From positions 1 to 64,000 of the forward strand of contig JAKMXF010000351.1 in NCBI GenBank assembly GCA_024704765.1: 64,000 nt of DNA, written 5' to 3'. This DNA comes from Oopsacas minuta. Taxonomy: Eukaryota > Animalia > Porifera. Position numbers and translations under genes: made by a program. Below the pieces are notes generated by a model. The model ran no database searches. It was not told the origin of the DNA and was given only the letters and a program-made list of their open reading frames with translations. Of this stretch, positions 1-13,746 are shown piece after piece (position 1 is the stretch's first letter; every line of letters starts with the position of its first letter).

Positions 1-99
<99 letters not shown>
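1..99. repeat. (GAT)33 perfect microsatellite, probably extending upstream of the window
   Basis: Directly visible; decays into ATGATGTGATTG after position 99. Confidence 0.99.
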
Positions 100-199
100 A
101 ATGATGTGATTGTATGATTCTATACCTGGTATTTCAAACGCTTATATTTCTATGTTCTTTAATAGCTTTTGTTCCGGATTTGAAAATGTGGTCACATAA

Positions 200-1250
200 T
201 AGTTGAGGATGTTAAGAGACCAAAAGGTTAGCTGGAACAAAGGAGCAGCATATCTCAAACAGGCAGAGAAGTGAACTTCCAACATCTGCGACCTCCATCC
301 AGAAGAGAAAGGTTATCCATAGTGGGATTCAACGAAATCCGCAACGTTCGATGCAATAAATGGCGGTAGAACTCAATATTTCAGAGAATCGGTCCGAACA
401 AATGTGAAGAACGATATGGGCCTATTTCCTTAGAAAAAGAGGAAGGTTCACTATATTTCTGCACAGATTAATGAAAAGAGATTAATCAGGAGTAAGGCCT
501 TACTCACCCGTTCGCAAATTTTGGCCTTGATGAATATTTGTTTTCAGATGAGATATTATTCACGGTTGAACAGGCGTACAATCGTCAAAACGTTCGAATA
601 TTGTCTTCACCATCTTCCATACCACAAGAGTAGCGATGCGTCCAGAGTTCAGCATCCTCAGTCAGTGATGTTTAGGGCGGGTGTGTCCGCAAAAGACGGC
701 AACCCACTGGTTTTCATCCCACCGGCGCAAAAGTGAACGCTGTAAAGTTTCAGGAGCTCGTTTTAGACCTATTAGTGAGAGGAATTGATAAGACCATGTC
801 CAATAATCGTCCATTTGTATTTCAGCAAGACGGTGCGCCAGCTCACACAGCGAAAGTCAACCAACAGTGGTTATGAAACAATATCCCAGGCTTCATCTAC
901 AAGGAGGAATGGCTTCCTTCCAGCCCAGATCTCATTCCGATGGACTTCTCGCTGTCGTCGATATTGGAGACAAATGCGTGCTCTACTTTCCACAAGAGTA
1001 TCAAGTCTCTAAGAACCTCTTATCCCGAGGATGGGCAAAATCCCGCATGAAAAGTTGCAACCCGCTGTCGAGTCCGTCCCTAAGCGGCTAAGAACTCTCA
1101 TCAAAAAGAGAGGGGGCTATATCGAACAATTGAATTTAATATGAAACTATATTTAGTTTGCTAAGTTATAGCATAATTTCAAGTCAATATTTTAGTTGAT
1201 GGTTTAGTTGTAATAAATTTTCAATGGGACAGAACTTATTTATTACACTG
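200..1250 (+). mobile_element. 5'-truncated DD37D (maT) Tc1/mariner relic
   Basis: PFVFQQDGAPAHTAKVNQQWL*NNIPGFIYKEEWLPSSPDLIPMD gives D-37-D spacing; stops and frameshifts; right TIR AATGGGACAGAACTTATTTATTACACTG ends at 1250 and shares the ATAAGTTCTGT core with the 9817 element. Confidence 0.85.
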
Positions 1251-1299
1251 TTAGGTAGTAATGAATTTATGAAATCTTTCAAAAATTTTTCTGCAAAAT

Positions 1300-2996
<1,697 letters not shown>

Positions 2997-5070
2997 ATCT
3001 AACTTGTTGAAGATATCGTTTAATTTTACATGAATATATGAGAATTGAAAAAGAAACAAGGTAAATTTTAGAAATCTGCCTAAAGGTTATATTTCATTTT
3101 AGTTAGAATCCGTCGGTAGTAGGAATCCGTTGATAAACTGAACATTTTAGAGGGAATTTTACCTCAAAATAAGTCTACCAATTTTTTCTTTTTGAATAAT
3201 CTATTTTTGCGCTAACTTTGAAAATCACTTATTAGCGCTATGATCGCTATCTCATTCAAATGACATTTACATTTGAAATGAAAAATGGGGAATGTGAGTT
3301 TTATGAGAAAATTCGCCGGCCCGCCCCCTACATTTATAGGTGATGCTGTAGCAAGAATCCGTTTAAACACCTATATACCAATTTAGGCCAGTGGGTTAAC
3401 TACTTAATTTAAACACGTTAAACGACAATTATTTTCTGGACCAGGGATAAATACGAAGTGTATTGTAGTTGATTCGAATTATAAATAATTCATGATATTT
3501 GCAAATATACTGAAGCATATCATCCTATACACTAAGGCAATCGCAATCACTAATTTATATGGACCATGGATGCACTCATATATTCAAATCAAATGTAACA
3601 TTAAATATCATCTAGTTTCAATCAGTATTTAAAAGGCTAAGAAACGAAACACTATGCATGGATCTCGCTAAACTTTCACCAGAGATGCGTTTGCCGATGA
3701 ATTATTAATAACCCATGATGGTAAAATTCTCTATTCTACATATATACAAATACATTTAATTAAACCATAATCTTGGAATACATTACTAAGCATAATAGCA
3801 AAGTGAAATTTTATACTACTAGCACTAGGCCAAATATATTTAGCCTTTCAGTACAAATTGTGTTATATTTTATTACCTTTACGTGCATCTTTAACTTAGC
3901 TATTGTCATCTCATTTTTCTAACACCCTATGAGTTGTCTTGTTCTTGGGTATAATTCTAAATACAGACGTGCAGATTATATTCAAGATTTCAACTTTCCT
4001 AAAGACGAGGAATTGCGAAACAAATGGCTTAGAAGTATTCCTAGACCAAGGGAAGATTATGACAACAATAAGGAGTTGAAAGTAAATTATTTCGTTTGGT
4101 TTCAACTACGCTCAAATTTCGATTTGTAATAAATTTGATAAGACTGATGGCAAAAACAAAGATTAGAATTATTCGACTTCAGGCTAGCAGTTTATTTTAG
4201 TCAAGTAAAAACAATTCCTTGATTGTATATTTGGTGTATAGTTTGTGCTTTCTTTGACTTAATTTGGTTAATACTATGCCGATAACTATATTCTACCGCG
4301 TCATATAGGTATGTATCCATCACTTCCAAGAAGAGGATATTCAAAAACCTATCAAATTTTTGATGGTGTACAAATGGTGCATGCCTACGGGATCGTTACA
4401 TCCTAGCGAAGTCTGCTATCCCTTGTGTCTTTCCGAATTGTCCCAAGTATATGGCCAACACAACTGAAAACCAAAGAGGTTTACTATAGATCCTAAAGAG
4501 TTGACATCATTTAAAGCTGCATTCAACCAAAGCCGATTGGATAATGAAACAACAACAGCTAAGTTCTTAATTACACCTTTCATAGATATTGTTAATAAAT
4601 TGCCTTTGATCGAATTGACTAAGAGCTGGAGTACCCATAGACTTGATGATAATTTGTATTTTACCAAAATCGTTTTGTTAAAGGGCAAACCTTGTATTGA
4701 GAGATTACTTGTAATTGATACAAATATGTTTTTGAAGGCTCTTTCTAAGGAGGATTGTCAAATTCATTTTTTCAAAGACAAACTCAATAATATTCGTCAA
4801 TTGAGGCTATCATGATAGATGAGATTGAAATATTCTCGAAAAGTGACTTGATTTTACCTCTACCAACACTACCGTCGATTCGATAATATATTCAGAATGC
4901 CATTAATGAATTGGATTGTGTTATACCATTTGACGGGAGTGATGATGTAGATATTGCAATAGATTGTCCTGAAGTTGGCCCCATTTGTACTTTACAACCA
5001 ACACGTGTTCGCTTTTTACTCGATCAATTGAGCTATTTGATTATCCCTTAGCATGAACGCCGTTATAGTA

Positions 5071-6276
5071 CAGGGTGACCCATAAATACTGTTACCAATT
5101 GTTATATGTATAAAATATAAAATATTGAAGCTGTTGACACGAAATTTCTACCAATTGTCAGAATCTCTACATAGAAATATATTTCGAGTATCATTCGAAT
5201 ATACCGCCTCGACATTTAACACACCTAACAATACGAGTAGAGAAGGAGTCCACGCTAGAACGAATGTCACAGTCTGGAATATTCTTCCATTCTCGAGACA
5301 AGGTTTTCTTTAGCTCGTCAATACTATGGTGTTTTTTACAGTTGACCTTGCTCTCTCAAATGGACCATACTGAATAATCGAGAGAGTTAATGTCAGGAGA
5401 GCAGGAGGCCACTCTTCGGCAGAAATTAGCCCTGGAAAATTCTCTTTGCACCACTGTTGTGTCGCTTTCGCTTTATGAGCAGGTGCTGAGTTTTGTTGGA
5501 ATACCCATTTTCTATTTTGATAATGTTTTTTGGCCCAAGGTTTGACAACCTTCTTCAGTATCAAATCACGGTACTGTTTGATTGATTTTTAGCCCCTGGG
5601 GGATGAAAACGAGGGGTGTCCGACCATCAAATGTGATGCCTCCCCACACCATTACTGAAGCTGGCATATTGGCTCTAGAGACCTGGAAAGTGGATTTAGG
5701 GAGAGTATTTTTCGCAGTAGCAAGGATTCTATCGTTTTGGAAGTTTAACACTTGTTCCACAGTGAACAATTTCTCATCTGAGAAGAGGATATCTCTATGG
5801 GCGTGGTTTTTGTAACGCGAAACCAATTCTTTACATCTTTGTAACCGCTTGTTCTTATTTTGCTCGCTAAGAAGCTGGCACTATTCAATTTATAGGTTTT
5901 CATCTGAGATACACGACTTATCTTAGAAAAGGTCCTTACAGTTCGTGGGCGACCAGGTCTACGTCTGTCAGTTATCAATCCGGTATCATTGTAACTGGAC
6001 AATGACCGGTTTATGAACTTATTATTCATTTTCAGTAGTTTAGCGATTTTAACCTTGGAATTTCCCGCCTCATAAAGCTGTATAACAGCTGCTCGCCAAA
6101 GTTCCATTGCTAATCAGTAAAAAATCGATTGATTAGTGTCCAGATGCCATAATGAATAAATATCTTAGAGTATAAGATCTAGAATGAATTATAGCATAAT
6201 AATATAAAGAATTCCTATATGAAATATGGAATATTGTTAGATAGTATATCAGTAACAGTATTTATGGGTCACCCTG
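5071..6276 (-). mobile_element. DD37D (maT) element, 1206 bp, internally deleted and frameshifted
   Basis: Perfect 25-bp TIR CAGGGTGACCCATAAATACTGTTAC, TA on both sides; ORF pieces 5745-6107, 5566-5826 (FSDEKLF..SVMVWGGI), 5310-5564 (FQQNSAPAH..EWPP). Confidence 0.95.
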
Positions 6277-6984
6277 TATATTAACCCAAGTGTTTTCATT
6301 AAAAATACATGTGATATAACCTGCCTGTTCCCCTCTCGTTCAGTCTTCAAATTGTTTAGTATTACCCCACTAACATAATATCCAGAGAAGTAAGAATTTA
6401 ATTGGTTTAGACAGTGAATACTTTAATATCTTTAGAGAATTTTCATCTACTTTAAATGGAAAGAACGACATGTTGTACTCCAGATAGACGAGGGGCATAT
6501 ATGTAGTGATTCTAATTATAAGGGTGGTAGGGTTATTGGATCTATTGAAAATCCTCAAGACCCGCCTACCACAGTTTTCTCAATGATGGTGTCGGTCTGA
6601 TGAAAAATTCTCTACAATCGTTAGGTTAATACCCCTGGGTTCTAGCTCTGCTGCAGAATTGTTTCCCATTGTTACTAGAACAATATCTGACACTGAAAGT
6701 TGTAATTTTTATGTAGATGCAATGTGTACTGATAACTACCCACTCAATGTCTGTCTATATAAATTTTTCTCACCAGATTTAAGAACTTTATTACCTCAAG
6801 TTTAACACCCATGTAACCCAGGTGGATATATCATTTATTTTTGATTTTGTCGACATAATCAAGTCAAATAGAAAGGATTATGAAAAGGACTTCATCTTCC
6901 CGAAATTTGACGATTGTATTGACCAATTCTGTAGGCAAGAAAGTGCTCATTTTGATTCCAGAATTTCTATACCAACTGCTAATA

Positions 6985-8336
6985 CGGTGCCGGTCAAAAA
7001 GAATTGCTCAAAATGAATGTATACTACAGTATAGTAAATGTCAAATTGTATACACTGACCAAATGGTTGAGTTCTTGCGAAACTATACTCAGCCATATGT
7101 ATTATGACAAAGACACACCAACACAGTTAATCTACTCATTATATTTGGACAAGTTACAGATTTCATTTTGCATACTTTTTTTTCGAATTTATCTGTTTTT
7201 ATCGAATTTTCAATGCCTTTTAAACCCCGAATTTCCATTGAAAATCGAGCCAACCTGATACTACTTTCAGAAAGTGGACATACTCAGAGGGAGGTAGCTA
7301 AAATGGTTGAGTGTAGCCAAAAAGTGTAGTCGAGATCCTCAAGAAACACAGGCTAACTGGCTTGGTTAGAGACCTCGCTATTCCGGGTAGGCCTCGTGTC
7401 ACAACCAAAAGGCAAGACAATTTATTGGTCAGAAAATGCAAAAAGGATCGATTTAAGACTGCTACTCAGATCAAAGCTAGAGTATTGTCAGAATATTCGT
7501 TACAACCTTCCACTCCAACAGTCCAGAGAAGGTTACGAAAGGCTGGACTGTTCGGACGAAAAACCACGAAGGAAGGCCCGCCTTACTACCAAGCACAAAA
7601 GAAACCGACTTTCCTTCACAAGATCGCACAAGAAATGGAATACTGAAGAATGGGCAAGAGTTGTGTTCAGTGACGAATCTAAGTTCCTTCTGTATACTAA
7701 TGATGGAAGAGCCTATGTGAGAAGGATGAAAGGGGAGAAGTTCTCAGAGAGGTGTTTTCAAGAAATTTGCAAGCTTGGTGGAGGTGGCATCATGGTTTCG
7801 GGATGCTTTTGATGGATGACGGAGGAATCTTGTGGCAGGTATCTGGGAACCTCAAGACAAATTCTTACATTGATATTTGGAAATGTACTAATCCCAAGCG
7901 TTGATTTGCATTCTCTACATTCTAGATGGACCTTTCAGCAAGACAACGCCCCATGCCATAGGTCAAGGGTACTAAGCAATGATTTGGTGAGCAAAAATAG
8001 AGGTTATGAATTGGCCTGCTCAGTCACCTGATCTAAATTCGATTGAGAATCTTTGGGATCACATTTCCTTCAGAATTCAAGAGAAAAGCCCATCCAACCA
8101 CTTAGTGATGTGGAATTCCATATTAGGCACTTGGGATAGCATCGACATTGTCAGGCTCCATACTCTAATTGAGAGTATCCCGCAAAGATGTAAAGCCGTA
8201 ATTTTAGCAAGAGGAGGTTCTACTAAATACCAACGACAATTTACTTGATTATAATAAAGCATTATTGTTAAAATCAGTCATAGAGATAAGAATTTGGGGT
8301 AAATTTATTCTGAACAATTCCTTTTGACCTACACTG
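6985..8336 (+). mobile_element. Tc1 (DD34E) element copy A, 1352 bp, defective
   Basis: TIRs CGGTGCCGGTCAAAAAGAATTG / CAATTCCTTTTGACCTACACTG, TA TSD; motifs VFSDESKF, FQQDNAPCH, NWPAQSPDLNSIENLW. Confidence 0.95.
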
Positions 8337-9734
8337 TATATCTATTCATAAATATTCTTTAATAAATTCCACTTATCCTACAATGTGTTGTTGTATTTTT
8401 GAAGATATTCGGACATTATTCAAATCAGAACAGTGTAGCAAAAATAAACGGGCTCCGAACTTAACATCTAAATCTTGTTAGCCATCCAGGCTAGGGAGGC
8501 AAAGTGTTAAATTAACGCTTAAAATCTCTAATGACTCAATTTCAGCTGGACTCTAAGCCTTTAATTTGAGAAAAATATTGTCAACAAAAATCAAACTGTT
8601 GATATTTGAGATATAATATGGAGAATTTTTATGTGAGTTAGGTAGGTAAGGGTATACGTTTTAAGAACGAATTCAGTGCACCTTTATCCCCCAAGGATTT
8701 TCTATTGCAATTTTCAAAAAGTGGTATGTTGGTTAGATCGCTGGCAAGATATTCACACGATGTGAGGGAAATTCTCCCCACAGACATTCACTAGTAATAA
8801 ACACACTTTCCAGGCTTTACCCTCTCTTCTTGACTTACTTTATACAAATCATGGCTTCGAATACTTGTTGACACCTAAAATTCAAAACGATCCATTGGAA
8901 CACCATTTTGGTCTGTAGCGACACATATCAGGTTCCCACTATCAAATATCTTATTGCCAAATCTTAGAAAATGAGCGTAGACTACAAGTTTCTAATCTGC
9001 TCAATTTATTTGAGACTAAAACACAATCTGGCTCATGTGAAAAACAAACACTAATGGATTACTTTCGTAAATTTGCGAATGATGGTGAGGATGAGAAATG
9101 TAATTTTTCTTTAGAACTGTACCTCTAATTTAGAATTTATCGATCCCCTAGAATTGCCTATTTCCCAAATTAAGGCCCTTGTATTTGTCGCTGGTTATTC
9201 CGTATTTTCATATCTCAAGAACATAAATGGTTGTCAAATATATATATATATCTTTCTTAACAACTGATAAATTTATTCGAGTTATTGATGACGTGGAAGG
9301 TGAATTTAGATTAATAGAGTTATTGGATAGAGGTTCTCTAATGTGTCCGTCTGCTCAAGTAATTGAGATGACAAAGATTATAATAGAGTTATTTTGGAAA
9401 ATAGATAATGAGGAATTATTTCAAGATTTTTATAATGGCTCAACCCGAACAAAGCTTGTAAAATTATCTTGCGCTATAATAGAAAATGAGCACAGTGAAA
9501 TATGGAGGATTTGGTGTAAATGTAATGCGTCTCATTGGGAAATATTAAAGCAACTATTACGAACTCTTTCTAATTGCATTCTTTCTAACAAGGTTAAAAC
9601 ATTTAATGTGTTAGTGTCAAGCCACAACAACCCTAAGCTTAAGAAATATAAGAACTAATTTATTTTTGAATTCTTCTAGCTTTATCACTGACTTTCAAAT
9701 CTACAATCTAAGCTATGTGAAGAATGTAATGGTA

Positions 9735-9766
9735 TATCTATCTATCTATCTATCAATCTATCTATC
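9735..9766. repeat. (TATC)n microsatellite, imperfect
   Basis: tatctatctatctatctatcaatctatctatc. Confidence 0.9.
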
Positions 9767-9816
9767 CAAGTATCCATCTTCTATCTATCAGAAGTAGTAC
9801 TTAAGATATTAGCTTA

Positions 9817-11123
9817 CAGGGTGGCTCATAAGTTCTGTGACATTTTTTCGAATTCGTAAATTTTCATTTCTAATGCTACAACAATAATATTATCAAATGA
9901 ATATAATTACTAGATATTCAATAATAGTATTTCATTAGTTTCCTAGTATATTTCATTTTAGTGTTGAATAGCTTATGGAAAGCGATAGGTGTGCTGTGAT
10001 TAAATTATTTCAGGCGGGACATAAACCAAGGGAAATTTCTAAAATGCTCAAAATACCCAGGGAAAGAAGGATGTTTATTACTAGGGCCATTAAGAGATAT
10101 TTGGAGACTGGGAATGTTAAAGATAGGGGGAGGACTGGTCGTCCATGTTCTGTTGTGACTCCAAAGGTGCGAAAGGCGGTGCGGGAACAAATTCAGAGAT
10201 GTCCCCGACGATCAATGCGTAAAATGGCATCAGTCCTCAAAATATCCCATCGATCTGTCCAAAGAATCGTTAAAAATCAATTAGGAATGAGATCATTCAA
10301 AAGGAAGACAGTGTACTTCCTTTCTAGTAAGATCATGGGAAAGAGACTGGTTAGGTGTAAGGGTCTGCTAAAGCGGCACGCTGTTTACGGGATAAACAAC
10401 ATTCTCTTTCTGACGAGAAATTATTTACAAAAGAGGAAGCTAACAATGCTCAAAATTACAGAATAATAGCAACTAGTTCTCAAGCAATCCCAGACGAGCT
10501 GCATGACATCGGATGAGTTCAAAAACCACAATCTGTCATGGTTTGGGCTGGAATTTCGGTAACTGGTCGAACATCCCTGATATTTGTCCCAGCAGGGGCT
10601 AAAATTAATTCAATTTCATATCGCGAACTGATATTAGACCTGTACTGAAAGATATAAGCCAGTCCATGTTTTCTGGAGAGCCATTTCTGTTTCAACAGGA
10701 CGGTGCGCCTGCCCACATCTCCAAAGTCAATCAGGCATGGTTAAAAGAGAATATTCCCGATTTTATTCCCAAAGACGAATGGCCCCCATACAGCCCCGAT
10801 TTGAATCCAATGGATTACTCTATCTGGTCGATTTCGGAGACAAAGGCTTGTGCTAAGGCCCACACCAATGTAGAATCTCTTAAGGTGTCGTTGAGGAGAG
10901 AATGGGCTAAATACCTTAAGAAACACTGCGTGCTGCGGTTGAGGCCTTCCCTCGCAGATTAAGAGCTGTAATTGAGAAGAGGGGAGGGTATATAGAATAG
11001 TGGCTATTTCTAGCATATTATTAGCATATAGTGTTAGTCTAATTAGAACATCAAGCATGAATAGTACATTTTGAATATATAAATGGGTTAACATAAATGT
11101 CACAGAACTTATAAGCCACCATG
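9817..11123 (+). mobile_element. DD37D (maT) element, 1307 bp, frameshifted transposase (about 9975-11000)
   Basis: 29-bp TIR CAGGGTGGCTCATAAGTTCTGTGACATTT (2 mismatches), TA TSD; FQQDGAPAH...WPPYSPDLNPMDYSIW with D-37-D spacing. Confidence 0.95.
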
Positions 11124-12752
11124 TATGGTATTAGAACCAGTTAGATACTTTTTGATTTGTTTGTATTTCTTAAAAGACGTCATGTTATCGTCTTAAGGCT
11201 GATATGTTGGAAAATTTTCCAACTTTGAAACGCCATTAAACGGAAATTACTTATCTATGGTTTTATAGTTTTATTATATAATATTCGAAATATATTTTAC
11301 ACAAATTTTCAAAAGATTGTCATGAGAGTTGGCTAGTTATTGAGTTAGAACTGCATTTCTATGTCAATATTCACTTATAACTCGATAATTGTTACATTTA
11401 TAGTCAAATATAGACAGCCAATTTATAGTTCATATCCACTTCCTATACCTGATGATCATTATGATGAGGTATCGCGTATGTTTCCAACAGTATCAGCATA
11501 TTAGGCCATCACATGACGTCTAATTGACCTGAGGATATTTTATAGATATGGATCGTGTTATTCACTATGTCATATATGTGAAACTTGATGAAAGCTTCAG
11601 TCATAGCATTCAATACACTAAGGCAATGGCAGTCACTAATTGATATGGACCATGGATGCAATTATATATTCAAATTTATCCATTAAATATGTTATTGCAG
11701 AGCAAGAAAGCCTAAAACTGGTTAGAAGTTAATTGGATACCCCCTAATAGCTATTCTGACTAAACTCACAAATGCCTATTAGTACTACCACAAAATGTTA
11801 GTAAATGCTAGGTAGTGAGAGATTGTATATTTCTACAATATGATGACTCGAAAACCTTTAGTCTATTGGTGCTGAATATATGATTTTGAATAAGAAGTCA
11901 TGTATGGGGATTTTATTGGTCATACTGGCATATTTGAAATGCTTGTTGTTAGTGAGTTTTGTGGTTTTCACACCTTTTCATTTACATTGAAATAAACTAT
12001 ACCAAAAAACGCGATTTAACCTGTATTAGTACTATGTTTGTAGAAACTGTAAGAAAACATGGGCTGATTTTAGGCATAGAGGTGTATTAATTTCGGACAA
12101 ACTCGAGTCTCAGACTAAAACAAAACTATGACAAAATTATGACGTAATTGTCACTCTTGTGTTCACGAAAAATCCCATTATTAGCCACTCCATAGCCAAT
12201 ACATATGTTAGAAGTTTGAAATTTCAATCACGGATACAGCTCAATATGCAACACAATATGAAGCCAACACTTTTTCCAAATGCTTACTGATCATGACAAC
12301 ACAAAAATAGATTTTTTTGAGATTTTCTTAATATCTGATGCAAGCACTGCCGAGTTTACAACTACACTGCCTTATCACAAGTGTTCATACGTATGAAAAC
12401 TCCAACCCAAGGGAAATATTTAGCAGTCTTGAATTCAATTTTAAGGAATATTTCGATTCTGATTCATGTTTTACATATTAGAATGTCCATTTCGAAACAC
12501 CTGAACTCTATTAGCTATCTCTTAGGTATTCCAACAAACCGTATGGCATGGTACTGTTTCTATAGTAATATTTCAACTCCACCACTTTATTAGGGCTACT
12601 ACGGTTAAACCGGATCACTTAACAATCCGTGCCCCTAGGCCATATCAACGCATGAAAATTTTTGGTTATTTCAAAATACAAAATGTGATGTGTATGATAA
12701 ATGGAAATAGATATATATATATATACATATAATTTCCTGGGTAATGCTGAGT

Positions 12753-13373
12753 TTAAAATATTCTACCGGCATATTTAACTTTTGGATAATTAGTAGTCAG
12801 TTCATTCCACTGAACTAAGAAATGATCCGCTAGTGGGTATAAAATTCTTCCTGAGAGAGAAAGGGAAGTAACACGACATATACTTTCAATATACACTACA
12901 TGTATATAGATGAAGAATAGATTTCTAAGCAATACAGCGGACAAGCAAAGGGGCACACATGTTCCAGGGCCATTAGATATGATAATTTGAGGTCGAATAC
13001 GCAAAAGTAGGATCATTCCAAAGAATACAGAAGGGAGCGTATAAAATATAGAGGTTCCGTAGCTCTGACCAACTTCTCGAACACGTGGAACCCGTACAAT
13101 GTTAAATATATTACCAAAATAATCTTGCAATTTACACACACTCAAATTATCCATTTGCGAAACTACATAGGTACGAGGAGAATAATACATCAAGTCAAGG
13201 GTTGATAGAATCTTGATCATTTCTGTAGTGTGCCCTCCAGATCCTAGTATAATTAGCGTTGAAAGTGAAGAAACGTGTCGAAAAGGAAAACGTGAAATAG
13301 AAAACCATTTGTATAATTGTATAAAAACAAAATAACATGAAATTATCGTAATTACAAAAACAATAGGTGCCAT
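12753..13373 (-). CDS. ALG14: UDP-N-acetylglucosamine transferase subunit ALG14, single exon, 206 aa
   Basis: N-terminal hydrophobic helix, then LIILGSGGHTTEM, PRVREVGQS, NGPGTCVPLC, VYIESICRVTSLSLSGRIL, FLVQW; intact ORF. Confidence 0.96.
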   Translation of the reverse strand: MAPIVFVITIISCYFVFIQLYKWFSISRFPFRHVSSLSTLIILGSGGHTTEMIKILSTLDLMYYSPRTYVVSQMDNLSVCKLQDYFGNIFNIVRVPRVREVGQSYGTSIFYTLPSVFFGMILLLRIRPQIIISNGPGTCVPLCLSAVLLRNLFFIYIHVVYIESICRVTSLSLSGRILYPLADHFLVQWNELTTNYPKVKYAGRIF

Positions 13374-13546
13374 CTAATTTATAAAGGAGACAGTTAAATC
13401 TTGAAAATATCTCAATGGGTTTAATGTGCATGGAAGTGAAAAGGAAACAATCATTACAGTCAGGTACACATCATATGGAAATTCATCGCAGCAAAAAAGC
13501 TCTTTCAATAAAATGATAATAGAAGAGTATCAATAAATTATACTTC

Positions 13547-13746
13547 CAGGGGCGTAGGCAGGGGGTGATAAGGCGGGTTGCGTGCACCCCATTTTAATTC
13601 AATTACTTACTGATTATGTGGGACACATTATTTGCTTTTCATTCAATGGATCCAGGGGACATTGGAGGTTGAAACCTAAACCCCTTTGAATTCAAATAAC
13701 TTTGATATCCAAATACAATACATCCTAGCAAATCCAAACACCACTA
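13547..13746. mobile_element. Possible hAT-type MITE remnant upstream of ALG14
   Basis: Starts CAGGGGCGTAGGCAGGGGGG (hAT MITE-like end); right end only degenerate; no TSD confirmed. Confidence 0.35.

Larger units (their letters stand above)
3929..9658 (+). pseudogene. THAP + P-element (THAP9-like) transposase pseudogene, split by two Tc1/mariner insertions
   Basis: THAP exon 3929-4081 (FNFPKDEELRNKWLRSIPR), GT-AG intron 4082-4308, then VCIHHF...AIPCVFP; core motifs VLQIDE and CTDNYPLN (6460-6750), FIFDFVDIIKS, FEDIRTLFKSE..KRAPNLTSK, QNDPLEHHFGL (about 8885); C-terminal ORF 9227-9658; termini not found. Confidence 0.88.

Noticed and set aside
1-99. (GAT)n as a coding poly-Asp/Met tract or telomeric repeat
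   Set aside because: No flanking ORF or splice context, and not a known telomere motif
12586-12591. ALG14 polyadenylation signal (AATAAA on the minus strand)
   Set aside because: The hexamer is common in AT-rich DNA and is unsupported without transcript data
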